32,000 bases of DNA, from NCBI GenBank assembly GCA_964577555.1, contig CAZNZM010000002.1, positions 63,012-95,011 on the forward strand, given 5' to 3'. Within the stretch, counting starts at the first letter, position 1. Every line of letters starts with the position of its first letter. This document shows positions 24,439 through 32,000 of this stretch, piece by piece. The notes under the pieces were generated by a model. It saw nothing but the letters and a program-made list of their open reading frames with translations. It ran no database searches and was not told the DNA's origin. Source of the DNA: an uncultured archaeon (lineage in GTDB: Archaea; Iainarchaeota; Iainarchaeia; Iainarchaeales; Iainarchaeaceae). A program made the translations under genes and the position numbers.

Positions 24439-24462
24439 AGCCGGGCTTTTAGTTGCCCGGCT
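24439..24462. terminator. GC-rich hairpin between convergent hsp20 and the ATPase remnant
   Basis: AGCCGGGC-ttttagtt-GCCCGGCT forms an 8-bp stem. A T6 run at 24431-24436 precedes it on the plus strand. It overlaps the last codons and stop of the minus-strand ORF. Confidence 0.3.
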
Positions 24463-24904
24463 TCCATTTATTCATTAAAAGCGAATTGGCTACTACGCTT
24501 ACTGAACTGAAAGCCATTGCTGCGCCTGCTATTATTGGTGAAAGAAGAAATCCGGTGAAAGGATAAAGTATTCCCATTGCAATTGGTATTCCTATGCTAT
24601 TGTAAATAAAAGCCCAGAATAAGTTTTGCTTTACTTTTCTCAAAGAATACTTGCTCAACTTTATGGCTGAGATAATGCCTTTCAAATCGTTTTTTATAAG
24701 CACAACGGATGCACTTTCAATGGCTACGTCTGTGCCAGTGCCTATTGCAATGCCTACGTCTGCTTGTGACAGTGCCGGACCGTCGTTTATGCCATCTCCA
24801 ACAAAAACAACTTTTTTGCCAGATTGTTGCAAAGATTTTACAATTGCTGCTTTTTCACCAGGTAATACTTTTGCAAAGTATTTTTTTCTGCCGGTTGCTT
24901 GATT
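24449..24904 (-). pseudogene. 3' remnant of a P1B-type (CopA-like) heavy-metal-translocating P-type ATPase
   Basis: The open frame reads ...[58 protein letters not shown]..., followed by the last two TM helices. An in-frame TGA lies at 24905-24907. There is no ATG, and no DKTGT, actuator or metal-binding domains lie upstream. Confidence 0.75.
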
Positions 24905-25096
24905 TCATTGTTTTTGTTTTGTTCCAAGTCGTAAGAAATATTTTTTCGGTTTTCAAAATAGAACAGCGACATCATTCCTATCCACAGAACGCCTATAAAG
25001 GCTACGCCGAGCAACAAAGTAATGTTTTTGTTATTTTTGTTTTTCATAATAACGCCTTGTAACCACTTGAATTATGGTTAAATAAAGTATCATTAT

Positions 25097-25627
25097 TTGA
25101 AACAATATATATGGGTTGGTGAAACAATGTTTTCGGGTTTTTTTAAGGACGATTCTGGCAGAAAAATAGTTTTGGGTTTGTTGATAATTTCTATTTTTAT
25201 TTTTCTTATAACAACTCTTATTTTTACTTTTAGTATATCTGGCAAAGGAGAAATGGTGCCTGAAATTTTCACTCCCGTAATACAATATCATGTAGAATTC
25301 ATGGTGTTAATGGGTTTATTTGGCGTGTTGTCCGGTTTTGTTGTTTATAAAATACTTGATTCAACAATTGAAAAGCAAAAAAAAGCTGCAAAAGCAAACC
25401 TAAATATTTTGTTGAAATTTCTTGCAGGGGATGACAAGGCAGTGGTGAAATTGCTTTTGGAGAAAGGGGGAATGACGACTCAAACAGAAATAGCTAAGTT
25501 GAATAATATGGGCAGGCTGAGGGCCCACAGAGTTGTAAGAAGGTTTGAGGAAAGAGGGATAGTTTATATTGAAAGGCACGGGAAAATCAATCTTGTAAGA
25601 TTGTCCGAGGACTTAAGGCAGGATTAA
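25097..25627 (+). CDS. Membrane-anchored winged-helix DNA-binding protein
   Basis: Two N-terminal TM helices, then KAVVKLLLEKGGMTTQTEIAKLNNMGRLRAHRVVRRFEERGIVYIERHGKINLVRL (wHTH). The likely ATG is at 25127. Confidence 0.6.
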   Translation: MKQYIWVGETMFSGFFKDDSGRKIVLGLLIISIFIFLITTLIFTFSISGKGEMVPEIFTPVIQYHVEFMVLMGLFGVLSGFVVYKILDSTIEKQKKAAKANLNILLKFLAGDDKAVVKLLLEKGGMTTQTEIAKLNNMGRLRAHRVVRRFEERGIVYIERHGKINLVRLSEDLRQD

Positions 25628-25719
25628 TTTTTTTTGAGCTATGGTTTTATCTTTGTCTAAAGTTTAATTAAACCAAATTCATTTATAGCATTTTATTAAT
25701 AATATATTGTGATTTTTCA

Positions 25720-26073
25720 ATGAAAATCGCTTTGATAACTTCAAAAAAGTCCGTTATTGACCCGACTGAGTTGATAGAATCAGAATTAAAGAGCAGGGTA
25801 ATTGGGGTGGATGTTGTAAGAAAAGTAGCAATTAACAATCTTGAAATTTTTAGAGAGGTAAAATCTTATTATGGTTTTGATGTGATATGTGTTTTGCTTT
25901 ATTATGAAGAGTCTTCTCCTGATATTGAAGTTTTGATTCAGAAGCTTATTGATTTACAGATAAAGAATGCCAATGTAATAAGTTTTGTAGAAAAATTTTC
26001 AGGTGATGACGCAAAAGAAATTGGAATGTTGGTTGTTGATGAGTTGATAAAAAAATTTATTAAAGTCAATTGA
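25720..26073 (+). CDS. Hypothetical protein (alpha/beta, flavodoxin-like pattern)
   Basis: 117 aa with an ATG start. No diagnostic motif. Confidence 0.4.
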   Translation: MKIALITSKKSVIDPTELIESELKSRVIGVDVVRKVAINNLEIFREVKSYYGFDVICVLLYYEESSPDIEVLIQKLIDLQIKNANVISFVEKFSGDDAKEIGMLVVDELIKKFIKVN

Positions 26074-26090
26074 CTATATTATGGGATTTT

Positions 26091-27239
26091 TCATTCTTCA
26101 AAATTTTCTTTATTTTTTTCTGCTTCTTTTGTTTTTTTGTTGAATATTTCTTTTATTTTTTGGTGCCTTTGTATTGTCTTTGCAATGAGTTTGGCTTGGT
26201 GCATGTTTTCTTCCATTTCAGTTATCTTTTTTTCCCTTTGCAAAATCGCTTCTTGCAAATTTTTGATGTGTTCAGATTTTTCTTTTAGCTCTTTTTTTAG
26301 TCTGTCTATTTCCGTTTTGTATTTGTTTTCAAGTTCGTTTTTGTAGGATAGTTTTTCTTCTTGCAGGTTTAGCAGTTCTTTTGAGTATGTTCCTCTTAGT
26401 TGGAGTGTTTCTTGTTCTATTTCTAAAAGAACTTTTTTTGCGTAGTCTCTTTCTTTTTTTAGCATTGTTATGAGTTCGAATGTTTTGGCAGTTAATTGGC
26501 TTTGAATTTCGTCTATTTCAGCCATTTCTGAGTTGAGCTCTATTGTTTTTTGTTCTAATTGTTCGAATGCTGTTTTTGCATTTTCAATGGTTTTTTTTGC
26601 GGCTGATGTTTTTCCTTCAATTTTTCTTGAAAGTTCGTTTAATTGTTGTTCTAATTCTATTGAATTTTCTTTTTGTATTATCCCCATGAATGTGTTTTTT
26701 CTTATTTCGTCGTATTTTTTTCTCAATTCTTGTATTTCTTCTTCTCTTTTTTCAAGTATTTCAAGCATGTTTCTTTGTACTGCTTTTGTTTGCATTATTG
26801 GTTCTTTTTTTCTTTCAATTATTCTAAGTTTGTCTAATAGGTATGCGCTTTTTAGCAGTATTGCGAGTGTTTTTTGTTCTAAATCAGAGTATAGTTCAGG
26901 CGTTGCTATAGAGTCAGCTATTCCTTCTATTCCTTGTTTTTTGATTTTGTTCATTCTTGCTTCTTCCATTTCCTTGTTTCTTTGAAGTATTGTAATTAAT
27001 TTTGATATTTCTTCAATGTGTTTTGTTATGTCTGGTAAACCTTCTGTTTTTTTTTCTTTGGCAATATTTTCAATTTGTTTGAAGAGGTTTTTTATTTCTT
27101 CAAGTCCTGGGATTATTGTGCTTGCATTGTATATGAATCCTCCTCTGGAAAATTCCGCCCAATGTCTTGCTGTTGTTTTTCGCCTTAAATCTGTTGCTTT
27201 TTCTTCTATTTTTTCGCATATTTCAAATATTTCAACCAT
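26091..27239 (-). CDS. Long coiled-coil protein, unknown function
   Basis: 382 aa. E/K/Q/L-rich heptad-like sequence covers about 300 aa, after a short non-coiled N-terminus (ARHWAEFSRGGFIYNASTIIPG). Confidence 0.6.
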   Translation of the reverse strand: MVEIFEICEKIEEKATDLRRKTTARHWAEFSRGGFIYNASTIIPGLEEIKNLFKQIENIAKEKKTEGLPDITKHIEEISKLITILQRNKEMEEARMNKIKKQGIEGIADSIATPELYSDLEQKTLAILLKSAYLLDKLRIIERKKEPIMQTKAVQRNMLEILEKREEEIQELRKKYDEIRKNTFMGIIQKENSIELEQQLNELSRKIEGKTSAAKKTIENAKTAFEQLEQKTIELNSEMAEIDEIQSQLTAKTFELITMLKKERDYAKKVLLEIEQETLQLRGTYSKELLNLQEEKLSYKNELENKYKTEIDRLKKELKEKSEHIKNLQEAILQREKKITEMEENMHQAKLIAKTIQRHQKIKEIFNKKTKEAEKNKENFEE

Positions 27240-27387
27240 GCTAATATGATGCTTTAGAAGTTTAAATAATTGTTTTTGTTTGTTCTTTTGTGAAATTATT
27301 GTCTCAAATAAATAATTGTTTTTGTTGAGTTTTATTTTATTTCAAAACCGTAATTGTTTAATATATCATGGTATATATAATCAAAAC

Positions 27388-28899
27388 ATGTATGATAAAT
27401 ATGATGAACCTTATTCAAATCAGCCGCAACCTCCTCTTAATGATGGTTCTGGTGAAAGCCAAGAATTGATATCAGGCATATTGGATAAGGCAAAGCAATA
27501 TTGGTGGATTGTGTTATTGGTTTTTGTTGTTGTTTTTTTTGGTTATTTTTTATATGATTTTTTTGTAGGGAGTTTCAAGGAAGTGACTATCATAGCAATT
27601 GATACAGAGGGCAAGACGGTCTCTGCATCATTCAGGATATTGGATGAATCAGGCAATGAAATCAAAACAATAGATTCTGGGCAGAAAACGAGCCTAAAAA
27701 AAGGGGTTTATTATATAGATGGTGTTGCTTCTGGTTTCAAGGGAGTAGAGCAGGAACAAATAGAAGTGGAAAATGAAAGTTCTTTAAAAGTGGTTTTTGA
27801 AAAAGATTTTGATGTTAGAATTGACGGGGTTTTTCCGCAATCTTTTATAACTGGGGAAGAGAAAAAGATTCCTGTGACTTTTACTAATAATGGAAGTGAA
27901 TCAGTTGAAGTTGTGTTGTTGCTTGAAGGTGATGCAAAGAAGTCAATGGATTTGCAAACAAAATCATTTTTGGTATACTCTGGCACCCAGCAGGAAACAA
28001 TAGTTGTTAAAGTTAAAACCAATCCTGAAAATTCCGCGGTTGGTGAGAACAAAAATGGTGTGATTAGGATACAAGGACTTGGAAATTCAAGTGCAAAAAT
28101 AGAGGGAAAGTATTCTCTTTCAAAGTTTGATCCTGTTAAAGATATTGAAATTAGAATAGATGGTTACGATAAAGAGGTAAAGTATCAGAACATAAGGGCT
28201 GGCGAGGATGCGCCTGTAAAAAGTTTGAGGATACAAAACAAGTCCAATTTTGAAATTCAGCATATTCAAATAATTCTTGATATAACTGAAACGGAATTTT
28301 CTGAAAAGGAAAGCGTGAAAAATTGGTTTTCATTTAATCCTTCGAATGTTTTAAGTATTCCGCCAAAATCTGTGGAAAGTGTTAATATATTGCTTAAAGT
28401 GCCTGAACAAATTAAGTTTCCTGATGGGAAGTCTGATGAATTGGTTTCTGGCGTAATAATTGTAAAAATGTCTTTTTATGAAAAAAAATTCAATTTGAAT
28501 TTTAAGGTGGTTAAATCTGAGGCAAAAATATCTGTCAGCGGAATTCAGGAAACTTACATAATGAATAAAACTAATGGTGTTTATGTGCCAAAAACAGGTT
28601 TTATTGATATAAAAAATACTGGTGATTTGTTGTTGGATGATTTTGATTTGAGGATTGATTGTCCAGGTTCTGTTGGCATTAGTTGGCTTACCGTGAGTAA
28701 TCAAAAAACCGAGTATAGTTTTGAAAGGCTTGGAAAGGGTGAAACTCATAAAGTTCCGTATTCAATATCAGTGCCTAATTCTACTCCAGGCCTTACAACG
28801 GTTGATTGTACTTTAGGAGTGTTTTATAAAGATCCTAGTGGAACAACGAGGAAAAGCGAAGTTAAAACTATTATAACTACTGCAATGGAGAGGAATTAG
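27388..28899 (+). CDS. Type II membrane-anchored protein with repeated beta-rich (CARDB/Ig-like) extracellular domains
   Basis: Short P/Q-rich N-terminus, one TM helix (YWWIVLLVFVVVFFGYFLYDFFV), then about 430 aa of alternating beta-strand-like sequence with recurring V.F.N.G motifs. The track start is 27316. Confidence 0.55.
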   Translation: MYDKYDEPYSNQPQPPLNDGSGESQELISGILDKAKQYWWIVLLVFVVVFFGYFLYDFFVGSFKEVTIIAIDTEGKTVSASFRILDESGNEIKTIDSGQKTSLKKGVYYIDGVASGFKGVEQEQIEVENESSLKVVFEKDFDVRIDGVFPQSFITGEEKKIPVTFTNNGSESVEVVLLLEGDAKKSMDLQTKSFLVYSGTQQETIVVKVKTNPENSAVGENKNGVIRIQGLGNSSAKIEGKYSLSKFDPVKDIEIRIDGYDKEVKYQNIRAGEDAPVKSLRIQNKSNFEIQHIQIILDITETEFSEKESVKNWFSFNPSNVLSIPPKSVESVNILLKVPEQIKFPDGKSDELVSGVIIVKMSFYEKKFNLNFKVVKSEAKISVSGIQETYIMNKTNGVYVPKTGFIDIKNTGDLLLDDFDLRIDCPGSVGISWLTVSNQKTEYSFERLGKGETHKVPYSISVPNSTPGLTTVDCTLGVFYKDPSGTTRKSEVKTIITTAMERN

Positions 28900-28911
28900 T
28901 TATAATTTTTT

Positions 28912-29409
28912 TTAATTCGCTTTTTTGGAAAGTAGTTTAATTCTTGGTTTTATGTGGTTTTCCAAAAAATCTGTTATTTCTTCGGTGTTTAGTTTTTCGT
29001 AATTATTTAAAATTCTTTTCAAATTCACCAATTCTTTTTCCGGAAGCAATTCCTTGTAAATGGTATAAAAATGAGTTGCAATGGTGCGGCAATTTTTTCT
29101 GGCTAGATACATTTTTAATTGTTCTAAATCTGCAAGTTCTAATAAATAATCTGTTAATTCTAGTGGCTTGTTGTAAGATGTTTCAAATCTCAACTTTGTT
29201 AAAAGTATATTACGTGTTTTTTCTGCTTCTTTTAAAAGCATTAGTGTTTCTTCTGTTTTTGATTCAATTAATTCAATTAATTTTTTTCTTTCTTTTTTTA
29301 ATCTTTTAGCTAATGGAACTCCTAAAAAGCTTCTTATTTTTGATCGTGGGGTTTTTTTCAGGATTTTTAGAACATTTCTTCCTAATTTATAAGTTGTCAG
29401 GTTAGGCAT
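28912..29409 (-). CDS. Hypothetical alpha-helical protein
   Basis: 165 aa with an ATG start. No family recognised. Confidence 0.4.
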   Translation of the reverse strand: MPNLTTYKLGRNVLKILKKTPRSKIRSFLGVPLAKRLKKERKKLIELIESKTEETLMLLKEAEKTRNILLTKLRFETSYNKPLELTDYLLELADLEQLKMYLARKNCRTIATHFYTIYKELLPEKELVNLKRILNNYEKLNTEEITDFLENHIKPRIKLLSKKAN

Positions 29410-29438
29410 ATAACTTTTATTTAATTATGTTTATAAAA

Positions 29439-29528
29439 AGCCACCGATGGGATTCGAACCCATGGCCTGCCGCTAATTCTGATTTTTTTTCATACGAAGC
29501 GGCTGCACTACCACTGTGCTACGGTGGC
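29439..29528 (-). tRNA. tRNA-Thr (anticodon CGU) with an 18-nt intron at the canonical 37/38 position
   Basis: Minus strand: GCCACCG TA GCAC AGTGGTA GTGC A GCCGC TTCGTA [TGAAAAAAAATCAGAATT] A GCGGC AGGCC ATGGG TTCGAAT CCCAT CGGTGGC T. All four stems are Watson-Crick. G1-C72/C2-G71 and U73 fit tRNA-Thr. Confidence 0.85.
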
Positions 29529-29653
29529 TCTAAAGAAACAAATTAGCAAAGAAGCATTAAAACTTTGCATTTTTTAGGGTAAAATTTATTAAAAAATAGG
29601 TGAAAATCTTTTTTTAGTTGTGATTTTAATTATTTGCTTTAAATAATTGTTCC

Positions 29654-31141
29654 ATGGCACAAGATAGGGACTTTTCTGAAAAATTGACTAGTTATTTGAA
29701 GGAGAAGGGCTTTGTTTATGGTCCTGAGCCGGAAATATATGGTGGATTGGCTGGTTTTTATGCTTATGGGCCTTTGGGAAAGAGGCTCAAGAATAATGTT
29801 GAAGAAGTAATAAGAAAGCATTTTAACAGGGAAGGTTTTTTTGAAGTTGAATATCCTATTATTGCACCAGCTATTGTGTGGAAAGCTTCTGGGCACTTAG
29901 AAGGTTTTAATGATCCTGTAATACTCACGGAAGATGGTAAGGAGTCTTATAGGGCTGATAAACTGATTGAGGATGCTATTGGGGTTCAGGCTGATCATTT
30001 GAGCAATGAACAAATGCTTGAATTGATAAAGAAGCATAATATTAGGGCTCCAACAGGAAAAAAATTGGCTTTGAGAATAGAAAGGCAGAGCCTTATGATG
30101 CGAACTACGGTTGGTTCTAATATTGAAGCTTATAATCGTCCTGAAACGGCCACTACGACTTATTTAGGTTTCAAAAACTATGTTGAATTTTTTAGGGACA
30201 GGTTGCCTTTCAGTGTTTTTCAAATAGGCAAGGCGTTCAGGAATGAAATAAGTCCTAGGCAACATTTGTTGCGTTCAAGGGAATTTACTCAGGCTGAGAG
30301 CCAAACTGTGCTTTTTCCTGAAATGAAAGACAAGTGGGAAAAATTTGAATCGGTGAAAGGCGAGTCTCTTCCTCTTTGGTCTGAAGAAAGGCAGAAAAAA
30401 CAAAAGGAGCCTGAATTATTAATGCTTTCAACAGCAATTGAAAGAGGCATTATAAAAAACAAAGCTTATGCTTGGCACTTGAACTTGGCTTATAAAATGT
30501 TCCTTGATTTTGGAATTCCAAAAGAGAAGATGAGGATAAGGCAGCATCACTCTGATGAAAAAGCGTTTTACTCTGATGACACTTGGGACATTGAAGTAAA
30601 TTTAAGAAGCTTTGGTTGGGTGGAATTGTGCGGCATAAGTGACAGGACGAATTATGATTTGCAGCAGCATGCCAAGTTCAGCAAACAAAAAATGGTGGCG
30701 AGAAACCTTGATGGCAAAGAGGAAATTCCTCACATAATTGAAATTGCGTTTGGTGTTGACAGGCCTTTCTTTGCAATACTTGATTTGAATTATGATGAAA
30801 GGCCACAAGATGAACAACGCACGTTGCTAAAGATTCCTCCTTATTTGGCTCCAATACAAGTAGGAATATTGCCTCTCGTTAAAAAGGATGGTTTGGCTGA
30901 AAAAGGTTGGGAGATATTTGGGCATTTAAGCAAAAAATTCTTGTGTTATTATGATGAATCAGGCAGCATAGGCCGCAGATATAGTAGGTTGGATTCTGTT
31001 GGAACGCCTTTTTGCATTACAATAGATTATGATACTATGTCTGATGGTACTGTTACGATTAGGGAAAGGGACAATATGAAACAGCAAAGAATCAAAATTA
31101 ACGAGCTTGAAAAATTTTTAGAGGCGGTTTTGAATGGGTAA
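29654..31141 (+). CDS. glyS: Glycine--tRNA ligase (archaeal/eukaryotic-type class II GlyRS)
   Basis: 495 aa. FVYGPEPEIYGGLAGFYAYGPLGKRLKNNV, FRNEISPR (motif 2) and GVDR (motif 3), plus a C-terminal anticodon-binding domain. Confidence 0.93.
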   Translation: MAQDRDFSEKLTSYLKEKGFVYGPEPEIYGGLAGFYAYGPLGKRLKNNVEEVIRKHFNREGFFEVEYPIIAPAIVWKASGHLEGFNDPVILTEDGKESYRADKLIEDAIGVQADHLSNEQMLELIKKHNIRAPTGKKLALRIERQSLMMRTTVGSNIEAYNRPETATTTYLGFKNYVEFFRDRLPFSVFQIGKAFRNEISPRQHLLRSREFTQAESQTVLFPEMKDKWEKFESVKGESLPLWSEERQKKQKEPELLMLSTAIERGIIKNKAYAWHLNLAYKMFLDFGIPKEKMRIRQHHSDEKAFYSDDTWDIEVNLRSFGWVELCGISDRTNYDLQQHAKFSKQKMVARNLDGKEEIPHIIEIAFGVDRPFFAILDLNYDERPQDEQRTLLKIPPYLAPIQVGILPLVKKDGLAEKGWEIFGHLSKKFLCYYDESGSIGRRYSRLDSVGTPFCITIDYDTMSDGTVTIRERDNMKQQRIKINELEKFLEAVLNG

Positions 31142-32000
31142 AATTGATCAACTTAGAAGGAAGCTTATTGAATCAGCCAAGAAGAAAATACAAGAAAAAT
31201 ATAAGGAAAAAGAAGTTCATATAATAAAAGCGGTTAAGATACTTGAAGACCTTGACACAACTTCAAATTTGCTTATTGAACAGTTGCGTGAGTGGCATTC
31301 CTTGCATTTTCCAGAACTTAATGAAATTGTCAAGGATAATGAACAATACTTGAAATTGGTTTGTGAGTTGGGGGATAAAAGGAATTTTGTTGTAGAAAAA
31401 ATTTTTGAGGTTGTTACGAACAAAGTTTTGGCGGAAAAAATTTCGAAAGCTGCAAAAGAATCCATTGGCTCCGAAGCTTCGCAAAAGGATATTAATGAAA
31501 TGCAAGCATTGGCTTTGAATTGTTATAATTTGAAGATTGAAAGGGAAGCTCTGGCAAAGTATATTGAAACTGAAATGAAGAAAGAGTTGCCTGCATTTAC
31601 TGAACTTTGTGGGGCTATTTTGGGTGCGAAAATTCTTGCAAAGGCATTGGCAAAGAAAAGGCTGGCATTCATGCCTGCTTCAAGGTTGCAAGTAATTGGC
31701 GCGGAAAAATCTTTGTTTATGCATTTTAAGATGAAAGCCAAAAGTCCGAAGCATGGTTATATTTTTCAACACCCCCTCATACAAGGTTCAAAGCCTTATA
31801 ATCGTGGGAAAGTTGCAAGGCTTCTTGCTGCAAAATTGTCAGTAGCAGCGAAAATGGATTATTTTGGAGGCAAAGCTGACGTTTTGGGAATGAGAAGGGA
31901 GCTTGAGGAAAAAGTTCGTAAGATAAATGAAACAGGCAAAGGCATCAAAATTCAGGCAAAAAAAACTAGTTTAAAGTGGCGTAGCCAAAAAAGAAAAAGA
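31134..32000 (+). CDS. nop5: Nop5 (Nop56/58) C/D-box sRNP core protein, lacking the N-terminal domain; 3' end runs off the window
   Basis: Absent from the ORF track because no stop occurs in the window. The frame is open from 31134 to 32000. Motifs: LREWHSLHFPEL, GAEKSLFMHF, PKHGYIFQHP, RGKVARLLAAKLSVAAKMDYF. An in-frame TGA lies immediately upstream at 31131-31133. It overlaps glyS by 8 nt. Confidence 0.88.
   Translation, partial: MGKIDQLRRKLIESAKKKIQEKYKEKEVHIIKAVKILEDLDTTSNLLIEQLREWHSLHFPELNEIVKDNEQYLKLVCELGDKRNFVVEKIFEVVTNKVLAEKISKAAKESIGSEASQKDINEMQALALNCYNLKIEREALAKYIETEMKKELPAFTELCGAILGAKILAKALAKKRLAFMPASRLQVIGAEKSLFMHFKMKAKSPKHGYIFQHPLIQGSKPYNRGKVARLLAAKLSVAAKMDYFGGKADVLGMRRELEEKVRKINETGKGIKIQAKKTSLKWRSQKRKR

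Noticed and set aside
24838-25047. 69-aa ORF considered as the N-terminus of the CopA-like ATPase
   Set aside because: It is in a different frame and has a single TM helix with no ATPase motifs. Its apparent ...PAEK... similarity is coincidental; the true VLPGEKAA motif is in the other frame.
25720-26073. Possibility that the 117-aa protein is a lumazine synthase or archaeal riboflavin synthase-like partner for RibBA
   Set aside because: Only the generic alternating beta-alpha pattern resembles the RibH fold. The catalytic and substrate-binding motifs (VPGA.E, T.H.D) are absent, the protein is too short, and the gene lies 17 kb from ribBA.
1-32000. Search for CRISPR arrays, rRNA genes, IS elements or integrases, and C/D-box sRNAs
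   Set aside because: By eye I found no regularly spaced direct repeats, no rRNA-like GC-rich stretches, no transposase or integrase motifs, and no convincing RUGAUGA...CUGA box pairs in intergenic regions. A computational scan could still find small RNAs that I missed.

Overview
The window is archaeal, AT-rich and compact. Supporting evidence: GGTG-type Shine-Dalgarno sites, frequent GTG/TTG starts, an intron-containing tRNA, and archaeal information-processing genes. The lineage is probably an uncultivated small-genome archaeon (DPANN-like), but that is inference only.

Layout by position:
- 1-6.5 kb: the classical archaeal exosome/proteasome superoperon. Order is Pop5, PsmA, SBDS, Rrp4, Rrp41, Rrp42, L37Ae, RpoP, Pcc1-like, prefoldin beta, followed by a DHH/DHHA1 phosphoesterase.
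- 6.5-10 kb: three small minus-strand genes of unknown function, a bacterial-type fused RibBA and an EamA transporter.
- 10.1-14.6 kb: a tightly coupled six-gene operon, the most unusual locus in the window. Order is wHTH, V4R, KaiC-like ATPase, tandem V4R, a divergent GGGPS-family enzyme and a HAD-IB phosphatase. Two wHTH genes follow on the opposite strand.
- 16-32 kb: an XRE-type regulator, an orphan ACD-beta ATP-grasp subunit, an aCPSF2-like beta-CASP RNase, a membrane protein, an NMD3-like protein, FtsZ, tRNA-Arg(CCU), a polyprenol-kinase-like protein and a GHMP (pantoate-kinase-like) kinase. These are followed by Hsp20, a 3' remnant of a P1B-type ATPase, a membrane wHTH protein, a long coiled-coil protein, a surface-domain protein, an intron-containing tRNA-Thr(CGU), GlyRS, and a Nop5 that lacks its N-terminal domain.

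I found no rRNA, CRISPR array, transposase or integrase.

A striking strand-coupled synonymous-codon asymmetry runs through the flanks and breaks down between about 4.1 and 16 kb. All homology calls come from reading motifs by eye; no database search was run.
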